This document shows, piece by piece, positions 41,201 to 49,561 of a DNA stretch of 64,000 bases (position 1 is its first letter; each line of letters begins with the position of its first letter). The stretch is from Planctomycetota bacterium (lineage in GTDB: Bacteria > Planctomycetota > Planctomycetia > Pirellulales > PNKZ01). The stretch is taken from NCBI GenBank assembly GCA_018242585.1, contig JAFEBQ010000001.1, positions 40,956 through 104,955 of the forward strand, written 5' to 3'. Below the pieces are notes generated by a model that did not search any database, was not told the DNA's origin, and saw nothing but the letters and a program-made list of their open reading frames with translations. The position numbers were made by a program, and so were the translations under genes.

Positions 41201-42492
41201 AGCAAAAGACCGGCGACGACAATCAACAAGCTAGCGCCAGCGGCGCGAAACCCAGCGGCGATAGCCGCGACGGGCAAGAGAAAGGTCTCAACGGCCAGCA
41301 GCCGCGCAGCCAGCCCCGCGCCGACACGCCGACCGAACGTGGCGACACCAAGCAAGGTGACGGCGCCAAGAGTTCCGAGGCCCGCGAGCAGCCCGGCGGC
41401 GACAAGCCCAATCAGCAAGACAAGAAGCCCGGCTCGCAAGGTGACAACGCCGACAACTCGCAAGGCAAAGCCGGCGCCGGCGAGAACAACTCGGAGAAGA
41501 AGGCCACGCCCGGCGCTCAGGACGTGACGCGTCCGCGCGACAAGCAGCCCGGCGCGCCGGACAACTCACCTGACAAATCGCGCGACGGCAGCGACGCCAC
41601 CAGCCCATCGACGCAGAAGAACGAATCGGGCTCCAAGGGCGAGACCGCCGGCGAACAAAAGGGTGGCGGCAAGGACGGGGGCGGTCAAAAGGCCGACAAG
41701 CCCGGCACCGGCGGCCCCGGCCAGAACACGGCCGCGGACGAAGGGGGCGGGCTGTCGCAACAGAAGGGCCCTGGCGAAACCGGCAACCGTGGCGGCGCTC
41801 AGGCCCAAGGCAAGCAACCGCAAGACAAAGGCTCGGCCAGCCAGGAACCCGGCGCCGGCAGCAACCAGCGCGCTGGCGGTAAGGAACCCGGCGGCAAAGA
41901 CACGGACCCCAATGGCAAGCAGCCGCAACAGCAGCCCGGCGACCGTGGCGAAGCGCCTGGCCAGTCCCCCGGCCCAGGTCGCGACGCCACACAGCTTCCC
42001 TCGGGCGCGCAAGCACACCAGAATCCTTCCTCGGGGGGCCCGGCCGGCAAGATTGGCGAAGACACCCATTACCAGGCACCAACGGCCGAAGACCCGGGCG
42101 GCAGCGACCCGAACTTGGAGTTCGCCCGCCAGGCCACCGATCTGACGCTCGATCGATTGAAGGACCAGGTCGACAAGAACCAGGTCGATCAGGCGCTGCT
42201 CGACAAGTTGAAGTGGAGCAAGGACGACCTCAAGAAGTTCGTCGATCGCTGGGAGGCGATGCGCCGCGCCGCGAATCAGCCGGGTGAGCAAGGCAAGAAA
42301 GCCCAGGGTGAATTGGACCAGGCCCTGCGCAACCTGGGCCTGCGCCGGACGGGAACCGAAGTCGGCAGCGCCGGCGTGAATGACAAGGTGCGGAACATGC
42401 GCCAGACGCATCGTTCGCGCCCACCGGCCGAGTACGCCGACCAGTACCGCGCGTACACGTCGGACCTGGGACGCGATCAGAAAGCCGATTGA
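38251..42492 (+). CDS. Giant membrane-anchored protein: three N-terminal TM helices, about 400-aa folded region, about 730-aa Q/G/D/K/P low-complexity region, conserved C-terminal helical tail
   Basis: 1413-aa ORF. TM helices are VALVGLLLTVSIILAAAVVG, YVFLGVLVAAVLVYGLRFLL and FGYALVGVVLLIAAYLVI. The motif YPAYTGREPVVVERQGDIQALEGAIVTIEA and the overall layout resemble DUF4175/TIGR02302-type proteins, recalled from memory only. Confidence 0.8.
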   Translation: MATVQPPPPVNPQPDDRLESFIEAQLRDTRSRVKWVDVSVALVGLLLTVSIILAAAVVGDHWLVPGGYSSTTRYVFLGVLVAAVLVYGLRFLLPTMLGRVSALYAAQTIEQSTPGLKNSLINLLLLKRRAEELPPTIYHAVEQRAAQDLSSVAIETVVDRTRLIKFGYALVGVVLLIAAYLVISPKDLLSSVERVFAPWADIPVSTRVRITEVQPGDGRSYFDDSVTISAQIAGLRSGEDVQLVYSTFDKQVVDRSVPMLQPDSGRRYEVVIPDAGGLQQDIAYHLVAGDATTRSFTLHVEQVPSITVRKIEYRYPAYTGREPVVVERQGDIQALEGAIVTIEALASQPIGAAKVDFNRGQASLPMTAKDRTATRQFMLRLKPGTHDALYDRYQLLFTNIEGQPNVRPIEHRIDVLRDLPPEVAIVEPAGLIAIDEGQPSPDNLPGVPENGRFEITVVANDPDFQLGEVKLYAECRRLKGDKLERVGTTKSFSLLPKNHRDSLRTSYAIEPARLGAKTNDELVFWAEAADNKQPEPNRAQTAHYRVRVRPSDGGSDEKKQPNNDQLASGPQQQDPSNKRDGDPNARNNDQPEKVDDNKPMNTDGTARVRERPREAPPQDDKQVGRAEHRNAPGEQQPAGGNEAKQQPDPSKRDGQQPQQRPGEKQQGDQLAGRDERVDPEADPGRAFELIKEHQDKQQQDKNPGEHPADKQPAEKNPPQQPQDGQQQGKQQQDKQQQDKQQQDKQQQDKQQQDKQQQDKQQPGQQQQSGNSQDKQQQPGGQKQPGDQKQPGDQQSGQQQGNQQNDNQQQSGQQQSGQQQQGNQQQQSGGSEQGNQSNSGMQQQGGSQGSQSGGQQSGQQQSGSQQQAGGQQQPGDQQKSGGQQQAGNQQQVGNNQQSGDKQQGDKQPGSDKQPGQQNSGGDKNGNQQANGQQQEPGDMKQPGNQQGGQQPGQQKQQGDGQQGDQQQPGQQTGGKSQGKQPGDQQQKTGDDNQQASASGAKPSGDSRDGQEKGLNGQQPRSQPRADTPTERGDTKQGDGAKSSEAREQPGGDKPNQQDKKPGSQGDNADNSQGKAGAGENNSEKKATPGAQDVTRPRDKQPGAPDNSPDKSRDGSDATSPSTQKNESGSKGETAGEQKGGGKDGGGQKADKPGTGGPGQNTAADEGGGLSQQKGPGETGNRGGAQAQGKQPQDKGSASQEPGAGSNQRAGGKEPGGKDTDPNGKQPQQQPGDRGEAPGQSPGPGRDATQLPSGAQAHQNPSSGGPAGKIGEDTHYQAPTAEDPGGSDPNLEFARQATDLTLDRLKDQVDKNQVDQALLDKLKWSKDDLKKFVDRWEAMRRAANQPGEQGKKAQGELDQALRNLGLRRTGTEVGSAGVNDKVRNMRQTHRSRPPAEYADQYRAYTSDLGRDQKAD
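40435..40524 (+). repeat. 15-nt tandem repeat (aagcaacagcaagac, about 6 copies) encoding (KQQQD)n inside the giant gene
   Basis: Five perfect head-to-tail units plus one variant, read directly from the sequence. Confidence 0.9.
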
Positions 42493-42519
42493 GCCGCGGC
42501 TCGTGAGAGCGTTCAGGCT

Positions 42520-42591
42520 GTCATTCCCGCGCAGGCGGGAATCTAGTGGTTGCGTTTTCCCTCTAGATTCCCGCCTGCGCGGGAATGACGG
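42520..42591. repeat. 72-bp double-hairpin element (ATTCCC-N8-GGGAAT arms), copy 3
   Basis: Same arms as 16567 and 19332. Lies 28 nt after the giant-gene stop. Confidence 0.9.
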
Positions 42592-42695
42592 AATCCGGGG
42601 CTGGCGGTCAATGACTGATCCCGAGTCGGCTTCCGTTGACGCGAGCCGTGGCAATCCCACCGGCTTGGCGTGAGAGTCATCGATCCCGGGCGTCA

Positions 42696-43328
42696 CTACT
42701 TCTCGTCCGGTGTCAGGTGGCGGAGTTTGATGTCCTTGTACCAGGCTTCGCTCGGCGGGCCGCCGTGGATTTGCACGGCGATCAGCCCGTCTTGTTCCAA
42801 GCTCTCGTCCGCCTCGGTGTAGTCAACGGTTTGATAGCCGTTGATCCACAACTGAATCCGGCGTCCCTGGGCGCGAATCGTGTATTCGTTCCAGTCATCG
42901 CGTTCCAACACCTTTTCCAGCTCCTCGCGGTTCGGCTCGGCCAGGATCTTCTTGCGGCGAGATTCGTCGTACAAACAGCCCCAATACTTCTGCCCCAGGT
43001 CGGCCTGGTAGCCGATCATTTCATGATGATTGGGAATCCGCCGGCTGCGGATTTGAATGCCGGCGTTGCAGCCCTCGCCGACCAGCTTGAACTTCAGCCG
43101 CAGTTCAAAGTCGTCGTACTCTCCGTCGGCACAGAGGAACTCGTTGCGCGGCACGCGCGCCGCCAGCGAGCCGCCGACGATTGCACCGTCCTGAATGCGG
43201 AACGACTTCTCGTCACCTTCCCAGCCGTTGAGCGAACGGCCATCGAACAGGCTCTGCCAGCCCGACTTGTCGGCGGCAAATGTCGCGCTGACGAGAAGCA
43301 TGGCCAGGATAATTGCGGCACTGCGCAT
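42696..43328 (-). CDS. DUF1080 (3-keto-disaccharide hydrolase-like) domain protein, secreted
   Basis: Has a signal peptide, then GWQSLFDGRSLNGWEG...FRIQDGAIVGG...NAGIQIRS...IAVQIHGG. Confidence 0.85.
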   Translation of the reverse strand: MRSAAIILAMLLVSATFAADKSGWQSLFDGRSLNGWEGDEKSFRIQDGAIVGGSLAARVPRNEFLCADGEYDDFELRLKFKLVGEGCNAGIQIRSRRIPNHHEMIGYQADLGQKYWGCLYDESRRKKILAEPNREELEKVLERDDWNEYTIRAQGRRIQLWINGYQTVDYTEADESLEQDGLIAVQIHGGPPSEAWYKDIKLRHLTPDEK

Positions 43329-43372
43329 GGGGTCACCTCACGAGGCTGAGAAATCTTTGTGGCGTGTTCGAT

Positions 43373-43542
43373 CAACACCCCTCCCTTTCAGGGAGGGGCA
43401 GGGGGGAGGGTAAGAACGATACATTCCTCGCCGTATTCTACTTGGTGAACAGCCCAAGATGCGCGGAGATTCTAGGCCCGCAACGTCTTTACCCTCACCC
43501 GCTTTGCTGCGCAAAGCGACCTCTCCCTTAAAGGGAGAGGTG
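43373..43542. repeat. About 170-bp paired-hairpin element, copy 2 of 3
   Basis: Arms are nearly identical to 8098-8264. The 73-nt spacer is not conserved. Confidence 0.8.
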
Positions 43543-43553
43543 TAGGACGTTTG

Positions 43554-44813
43554 TCAGTCCGTCAGTTTCGGCATCGTGGCGTACAAGTCCAGCCCCTGGC
43601 GATCGCCAATCAGCTTGAACAGGTCGCGCACCTGGGCGTGCCCCACGGGCAAGGTAAAGCCCGTTCGGCGGCCGAAGTTCTTGGCCCCCAGCACGTAATA
43701 GTCCGGTTCGGTTGTCAGCAGCGATTCCGCGCCGGCCAGGCCCTCGGTCGACTCGCCGGCGGCCATCGCGGCCAGCAGCCGGTCCATCGCCGCCGGGACT
43801 TCACTGGTCATCGAGCACGTCACGTGCAGTTCGCTGATCCAAGAATAATCGGGACGCCCACCGACGCCAGCCACGATTTGGTCAACTTCGATCGCTTCTT
43901 CCCGCGCGCCAATCAGGTGGACCAGCATCGGCCCCGCCGCGCCGAGCAACTCGATGGCCGACACCGTCACACCCGGCACATGGCGCACGCCGTCGCCAGC
44001 CGCCGCCAGTTGATTCGCCCGCCGAGCCAGCGCTTGCCGGGCCGGAAACGGATCGTCGGCAATCTCGGCGACCGGTGTTTCATTCGGGGCCAACTCGCGC
44101 CGCGTGAGCCACGTGATCTGTGGACGAGGCGTCGAGCCACTGAGCGAAACCACCGACGCGGCGGCGGCAAGCCCGGCGCCGATCACCAGCACGCGACGGC
44201 CGGCAGAGCGGGCCGATTGGGCCTCGCTCGGGTCGAGCGCTCCGTAATGAATGAACGAAAACGAAGCGGCGGCCCGCTCGCCCAGGGCCGGAACGCCTCC
44301 CGTGCCGAGCCAGCGGTGGGTTCCATCGACGCCCGTGCAGTCGATCACGGCGTCGGCCGCGGCCAGTCGTTCGACGCCCGAGGAGTCGCGGACCAGCAAC
44401 CGGAACGAGTCGCCGATCCTGACCGGCTCGTCGGGATGTTCCCCTTTGAACAGCGACTGACGCCCGACGGCCACGACCTCGCATTGCTCGCGCAGCCCGT
44501 CGACAATCAGGTCCGAGTGGGCCAGCGGCGCGAGATACCGCTCGAGGAACTCGCCGTTCGTGGGACATTCAGTCAGCGCCGGCCGCGACCAGCTTTCTTC
44601 CTGCGCGCTCAAGGCGGCGCAGCCTAGCGTCGTCATGCACTGAACCCAAGGCACGAACCGGCGCAGGTTCGGTGCGAGGCGTAGATGAGCGCCCACTTGG
44701 CCGCGCTCGTACACATCGACGTCGTAGCCCAGGTAGCGCGCGTAGAGCGCCGCCTCGATGCCGACAGGGCCCGCTCCCAGCACGGCCAGGCGCGCCGGTG
44801 TGTCGATCGCCAT
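43554..44813 (-). CDS. FAD/NAD(P)-binding oxidoreductase, function unknown
   Basis: The N-terminal LAVLGAGPVGIEAALYA is a GxGxxG motif, and a second dinucleotide motif is VLVIGAGLAAAA. Starts 3 nt after the thiO-like stop. Confidence 0.7.
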   Translation of the reverse strand: MAIDTPARLAVLGAGPVGIEAALYARYLGYDVDVYERGQVGAHLRLAPNLRRFVPWVQCMTTLGCAALSAQEESWSRPALTECPTNGEFLERYLAPLAHSDLIVDGLREQCEVVAVGRQSLFKGEHPDEPVRIGDSFRLLVRDSSGVERLAAADAVIDCTGVDGTHRWLGTGGVPALGERAAASFSFIHYGALDPSEAQSARSAGRRVLVIGAGLAAAASVVSLSGSTPRPQITWLTRRELAPNETPVAEIADDPFPARQALARRANQLAAAGDGVRHVPGVTVSAIELLGAAGPMLVHLIGAREEAIEVDQIVAGVGGRPDYSWISELHVTCSMTSEVPAAMDRLLAAMAAGESTEGLAGAESLLTTEPDYYVLGAKNFGRRTGFTLPVGHAQVRDLFKLIGDRQGLDLYATMPKLTD

Positions 44814-44816
44814 CGG

Positions 44817-45917
44817 CTACGACTCCTCGCCGACGCGGAAGGGGTGCAAGTCGAGCGCCGGCGCTTCACCAAGGATCAACTGGCTGATCAGCAGGGCCGT
44901 GCCGGGCGACTGCGTCAGGCCGCTGCGGAAGTGCCCCGCCGCGAGGTACAAGTTCGACAATCGCGGCACGCGCCCCAGCATGGGCAAGCCGTCTTCGGTA
45001 AAGGGTCGCAGCCCGGCCCAACATCGTTCGACCGTCGCGTCGGCCAGCATTGGCGACCAGCGCGAGGCGAAGGCCAGCAACTCGGCGACGGCGCGGGCGG
45101 TGTTGCGCTTGTCGAAGCCCACGTCCTCTTCGGTCGAGCCGACCAGAATCCGCCCATCGCCGCGCGGCACCAGATAACGCGGCCCGTCGTTGACGATGTG
45201 CCGCAGCGTCGCCTCGGGCGCGTTCAGCAGCACCATCTGGCCGCGGATCGGCCGCAACGACGTGCGCGGACGGACCATTGGCAACGACTGCTGTGCCCAG
45301 GCCCCCGTGGTTAAACAATAGTGTCCGGCCGTCAGCGTGCCGGCCGAGGTGCGTAGCCCGGTCACGCGCCCGTCCATGGCGATTACGCCGGTCACTTCGT
45401 TGCCCGCGTCGATCATCACGCCGCGCTGGTGACAGGCGACGGCCAGGGCTCGCAGGTGGCGCGGATTGCGCAACTGGCACTCATCGGGCACTCGGACGGC
45501 CAGCGTGGCTTCCTCCAGCGATGGCTCAAGGCTGGCCAGTTCAGCCCGATCGAGCGGCTGGCAGCGGATGTCTTGAGCCCGCCAGGTTTCGCACTGTTGG
45601 CGCAAGCTGGCGGCCGCGGCCTTGTCGCCGGCGACATAGAGCGCCCCACAGCGGCGATAGCCGGTGTCGACAGCCGTCGCCTGGCGCAGCTCGTCGGCCC
45701 ACTGGCGGTGTAGCCGCAGCGATAGGGCTGTCAGCCGGTCGTAAGGACTGGCCCCGGGGCCGTCGGTCGCCGGGGGCAAGATGCCCGCCCCGGCCCAACT
45801 GGCCTCAGAGCCGGGCTGCCCCCGTTCGAGCACGCGCACCGAGAGCCCGCGCCCGGCCAACTCATAGGCCAGCGAAAGCCCCATCACCCCAGCGCCAACG
45901 ATCAAGCAATCGGTCAT
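44817..45917 (-). CDS. thiO: Glycine oxidase-like FAD-dependent oxidoreductase (DAO family)
   Basis: CLIVGAGVMGLSLAYELA ... WAGLRPFTEDGLPMLG ... AAGHFRSGLTQSPGTALLISQLI is colinear with Bacillus ThiO as I recall it. Confidence 0.65.
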   Translation of the reverse strand: MTDCLIVGAGVMGLSLAYELAGRGLSVRVLERGQPGSEASWAGAGILPPATDGPGASPYDRLTALSLRLHRQWADELRQATAVDTGYRRCGALYVAGDKAAAASLRQQCETWRAQDIRCQPLDRAELASLEPSLEEATLAVRVPDECQLRNPRHLRALAVACHQRGVMIDAGNEVTGVIAMDGRVTGLRTSAGTLTAGHYCLTTGAWAQQSLPMVRPRTSLRPIRGQMVLLNAPEATLRHIVNDGPRYLVPRGDGRILVGSTEEDVGFDKRNTARAVAELLAFASRWSPMLADATVERCWAGLRPFTEDGLPMLGRVPRLSNLYLAAGHFRSGLTQSPGTALLISQLILGEAPALDLHPFRVGEES

Positions 45918-46013
45918 GGGGGCTATTCTATGCCGAGCAGGGGGGCGAATGAAACCGGCGGTTTGGCCGCCGGGCTGCCGGCGGTGTCGGCGCGTGGATC
46001 GTTGGGCGTGTGG

Positions 46014-46259
46014 CTAGGCACGCGCTCGCAAAATGCGACGCAGCAGCACCGGATCGACGTGGCCGCGAAAGCGTGGCCGCCCGTCGATGACCACGACCGG
46101 GACACAGTTGCCGAACCGCCGGACCAACTCCGGCGCCTGGTCGACGTCGACTTCGGAAACCCGCAACCCGGCCTGTTCGAGGGTCGCTTTGGCCTGGTCG
46201 CACAAATGGCAGCCGGCCCGGGTAAAGAGTAGGGCTTCGACAGGTCGATCAGAATGCAT
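46014..46259 (-). CDS. Glutaredoxin-like protein (DUF836 type)
   Basis: 81 aa with a CHLC redox motif after a beta-strand, in a thioredoxin-fold pattern. Confidence 0.7.
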   Translation of the reverse strand: MHSDRPVEALLFTRAGCHLCDQAKATLEQAGLRVSEVDVDQAPELVRRFGNCVPVVVIDGRPRFRGHVDPVLLRRILRARA

Positions 46260-46698
46260 ACGTCAACATGGCTCGAAAGATTGGCTAACCGGGTACTGAA
46301 AAGCGGATTCCCAGAATCCACGAAACTGGGTGGTGGGCATTCTGGCAACCGACACCGCCCGGGACGGCGGCACAAACGCCGGAATGCTGGTATTCTAGCC
46401 GATACTGTGTTAACCTGAATAAGAGATGGAATGATGCGGCAACGGTGGCAAAGCCGCGCGGGACGAACTGATTCATCGACGCCTTCAATATCGCCAAATC
46501 TCTTCTGATCGGGCGGGCTGTCGTCATACCCTGTGGTCGCGCTAAGGGGGGCACGGTTCGATCGATTGACCAAGGGGTAATGGTCTGGGGCTCTGTTGAT
46601 CGTTTCTTTCCTGCGCCGTAGTTGCGTTTGATCGTTGCCTTGCTTGCGTTCCGTCGCCATTGGCCGATTGTTTTCAGCCGACACGCAGCGACCGCCGC

Positions 46699-48279
46699 AT
46701 GACCAGCATCACGGGTAATAAACTCGTCGAGTTGATTCGAGCAAGTGGACTGCTCGAAAACGCAGCGCTCGACAAGCTGCTTGCCGAGTTCCAGGCGCAG
46801 CATCCCGAGTCGAGCGAAGGGGACAGCGCTCAGTTGGCCACCTTTCTGATCGAGCGCGAAGCCATTACGCGCTGGCAAGCCGACCGGTTGCTCGAAGGGC
46901 GTCACAAAGGTTTCGTGCTGGGCAATTACAAACTGCTCCGCCATCTGGGCAGCGGCGGCATGAGCGCCGTCTATCTGGCCGAGCATCGGCACATGCACCG
47001 CTTGCGCGCGATCAAGGTGCTGCCCAAGAATCGTATCGACGACTCATCGTACCTCGAGCGGTTCTACCTCGAAGCCCGCGCGGCCGCGGCGCTTGACCAC
47101 CCGAACATCGTGCGCGCTTACGACGTCGACTCGGCCGGCACGACGCACTTTCTGGTGATGGAATTCGTCGAAGGGCGCGACCTGCAACAGACCGTCAAGC
47201 AAGACGGCCCGCTGCCATACCCATTGGCGGCCGAATACATTCGCCAAGCGGCCGAAGGGCTGGCCCACGCGCACGAACAAGGGCTCGTGCATCGCGACAT
47301 CAAGCCGGCCAATTTGCTGGTCGATATCAAGGGCGTCGTGAAAGTGCTGGACATGGGTCTGGCCAAATTCACCGACGACAAGCACGCTTCGCTGACCGTG
47401 GCGCACGATGAAAACGTACTGGGCACCGCGGATTACCTGGCTCCGGAACAAGCGATCAACAGCCACAACGTCGACTCGCGGGCTGACATTTACAGCCTGG
47501 GTTGCACGATGTATTTCCTGTTGACCGGGCATCCGCCGTTCCCCGAGGGAACACTGGCCCAGCGGCTGCTCAAGCATCAGACCGTCGAACCGCCGTCCAT
47601 CACGGTCGAACGGCCCGACGCGCCAAAAGACCTGATGGCGATCTGCACGCGGATGATGTCTAAGAAGGCGGACGCCCGCTTTCAGACGGCCCGCGAGATT
47701 TCCGATACGCTCAAGCGCTGGCTGTCCGGTGCGCCGAAGAATCAGCGGCCGGGGGGTGGCAACGCCTTGGCCCCGCGCCGTGGGGCCGACCCCAACGACA
47801 GCGGCATCGGCACGCGCTCTCCCTCGATGCAAGACACCAAGCCGAACCTGACCCAGCCGACGATCAAGGGCTCGGGGGGCTCGGGGCTGGGGAGCGATGT
47901 CACCCTGCAAAAGTCGAACGATGGGGGCTCGTCGGGCATCGCCTCGAAGGGCGCGGCCAAAAAGCTCATCAAGGCTCGGGCCTTGGACGATGACGTGACC
48001 AGCGGCTCGGGGCCGCTGTTGCCCCCTCAGTCTGGTTCCGCTGCGGCGGCAAAGCCTGGGGCCGCCAAGCCGACGGCTGTTTCGCCGATGATTGCCCCCG
48101 TAGTACCGGCGGCCATGCCCCAAGGGGGCTTCTCGATCCAGACGACCGGCGACGCGAATGTTCGCGCCCGGGTGGGCAAGGGTCGTAAGCAGTCGAGCAA
48201 TATGACGGTGATCGCCATCGTCTCGGTCGGGCTGCTGGTGTTGTTGGCCGTGCTGGCCTACATCAAGTTCATGCGCTAA
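46699..48279 (+). CDS. Ser/Thr protein kinase, C-terminally membrane-anchored
   Basis: Kinase motifs GSGGMSAVYLAEH, AIK, HRDIKPANLL, DMGLA and APE are present. A long Gly/Ser/Pro-rich linker follows, then a C-terminal TM helix VIAIVSVGLLVLLAVLAYI. The start was chosen at Met14. Confidence 0.9.
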   Translation: MTSITGNKLVELIRASGLLENAALDKLLAEFQAQHPESSEGDSAQLATFLIEREAITRWQADRLLEGRHKGFVLGNYKLLRHLGSGGMSAVYLAEHRHMHRLRAIKVLPKNRIDDSSYLERFYLEARAAAALDHPNIVRAYDVDSAGTTHFLVMEFVEGRDLQQTVKQDGPLPYPLAAEYIRQAAEGLAHAHEQGLVHRDIKPANLLVDIKGVVKVLDMGLAKFTDDKHASLTVAHDENVLGTADYLAPEQAINSHNVDSRADIYSLGCTMYFLLTGHPPFPEGTLAQRLLKHQTVEPPSITVERPDAPKDLMAICTRMMSKKADARFQTAREISDTLKRWLSGAPKNQRPGGGNALAPRRGADPNDSGIGTRSPSMQDTKPNLTQPTIKGSGGSGLGSDVTLQKSNDGGSSGIASKGAAKKLIKARALDDDVTSGSGPLLPPQSGSAAAAKPGAAKPTAVSPMIAPVVPAAMPQGGFSIQTTGDANVRARVGKGRKQSSNMTVIAIVSVGLLVLLAVLAYIKFMR

Positions 48280-48309
48280 GCGCACTTCTGAATTCGGTGT
48301 GCGTATCTA

Positions 48310-48393
48310 CCAAGCCGGTGGCTTTGCCACCGAGAGGGGCGGCAGAGCCGCCGGCTTGGGTCAGCAGACGATACATGCTGCCAAGAATTGCTC
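48310..48393. repeat. 84-bp palindromic repeat, copy 2 of 2
   Basis: ccaagccggtggctttgccaccgagaggggcggcagagccgccggcttgg plus gggtcagcagacgatacatgctgccaagaattgctc. Confidence 0.75.
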
Positions 48394-48702
48394 GCGCGCG
48401 TCGGCCCGCGCTACAAGGCGCGCACTGCTGAAGCAGATCGCCTCGTCTCAAAACGGGATTCCACCCCGTTTCCGACCCCTCAAAAACGGCCGTTGTCAAG
48501 CACCGTTTTTTGGTTCCTGGCACCCCCCGAATGATACACGCAAAGCACTGTCAATTAAGCACTTGTGCAATCTGCTTGTCTTTTTTTCGGAACCCATCGT
48601 AGGATGGATTAGGCAGTTGCGAGGCGGGTATCAGCCACCGCCTCAAGCCGGCTAGCTCAGGCCGGTTCTGACGGTCCACTCGACGGATCGAACCGAAGCG
48701 GA

Positions 48703-49467
48703 ATGGAACAACTTTTGGGTTCCACCGCAGCCCGTGAATTGATCAGCTCTGCGCCCGGCTTATGTCCCGAAGGTCTGGCAACCATGCGCTTCAACCAACG
48801 CCCCCAACGCGGTCAGAACCGTCGCCTGATGAAGGCGCCGCTGCTCAAGTCGCAGGCCAACCAGGCCAAATTGAGCAGCCGAGCCCGTGGCAAGGTCGTG
48901 CGCGGAGGCCAGCAGAACGAGCGTTTGCCGTTTGTGCCCCCCGAGGACTGGCACGAACCCCGAGAAGACGGCCGCGGCTATCGGGTAATCGTCCAGCCGC
49001 CAGGAACCGGTTTTCGGCATGTTTTGACCCCGTCCGAGGTCCGCGACCGACTGGCCGAGCTGCCCGACCACTTCACCAGCACGCTGGAAGTGGTGCAATT
49101 CAGCCGCATGACGCGGAAGAAGCTGCAATTCCCCTGCTATGGCATGCAGTGGGGAGCAGCCGTCTACCTATACCCGATCGAGGTCGACCTGGTCGAGCGC
49201 TATCCGCGGCCACCCAAGCCGGCCCTGGTGAACGAGGCCCGGATGTACGGCGGCCGCTGGGTGCAAAACGGCCCGGGCTGGAACCTGATCTGGACCGAGC
49301 AGGCGGTCAAGGATTTCTACCTGAATAACATCCTGATCCACGAGTTGGGACACCTGCTCGACCTGCGCAACAGCAACTCGGTCGACCGCGAGCGGTACGC
49401 CGAATGGTTCGCCATCCACTACGGCTACAAGCGGTCTCGCCGGCAGGGTTCGGCCGCGGCGCGGTAA
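48703..49467 (+). CDS. Hypothetical protein with a C-terminal HExxH zinc-peptidase-like motif
   Basis: ILIHELGHLLD lies about 40 aa from the C-terminus. The N-terminus is basic and disordered. An alternative start is Met28 at 48784. No family recognised. Confidence 0.6.
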   Translation: MEQLLGSTAARELISSAPGLCPEGLATMRFNQRPQRGQNRRLMKAPLLKSQANQAKLSSRARGKVVRGGQQNERLPFVPPEDWHEPREDGRGYRVIVQPPGTGFRHVLTPSEVRDRLAELPDHFTSTLEVVQFSRMTRKKLQFPCYGMQWGAAVYLYPIEVDLVERYPRPPKPALVNEARMYGGRWVQNGPGWNLIWTEQAVKDFYLNNILIHELGHLLDLRNSNSVDRERYAEWFAIHYGYKRSRRQGSAAAR

Positions 49468-49497
49468 CGCCGTCCCATCGGCAAACGCTCCGCTCAA

Positions 49498-49530
49498 GCC
49501 CAGGGGTTCCTCTTCCTGGGCTTTTTCGTT
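49498..49530 (+). terminator. Terminator-like hairpin
   Basis: The stem is gcccagg/cctgggc, followed by tttttcgttt. Same hairpin family as 18824. Confidence 0.65.
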
Positions 49531-49561
49531 TCCAGGCCTCGCCAATCGGCAACTCTAACGC

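Noticed and set aside
38194-42696. Series of long minus-strand ORFs (684, 139, 210, 264 and 376 aa) rich in L, R and A
   Set aside because: They are mirror frames of the Q/K/D/G-rich giant gene. CAG/CAA/AAG codons read as CTG/TTG/CTT on the other strand. The plus-strand frame is continuous for 1413 codons with TM helices and folded regions.
46260-46698. TPP riboswitch upstream of the thiO-like operon
   Set aside because: I read both strands for the CUGAGA ... ACCUGAUCUGGAUAAUGCCAGCG core and found nothing similar.
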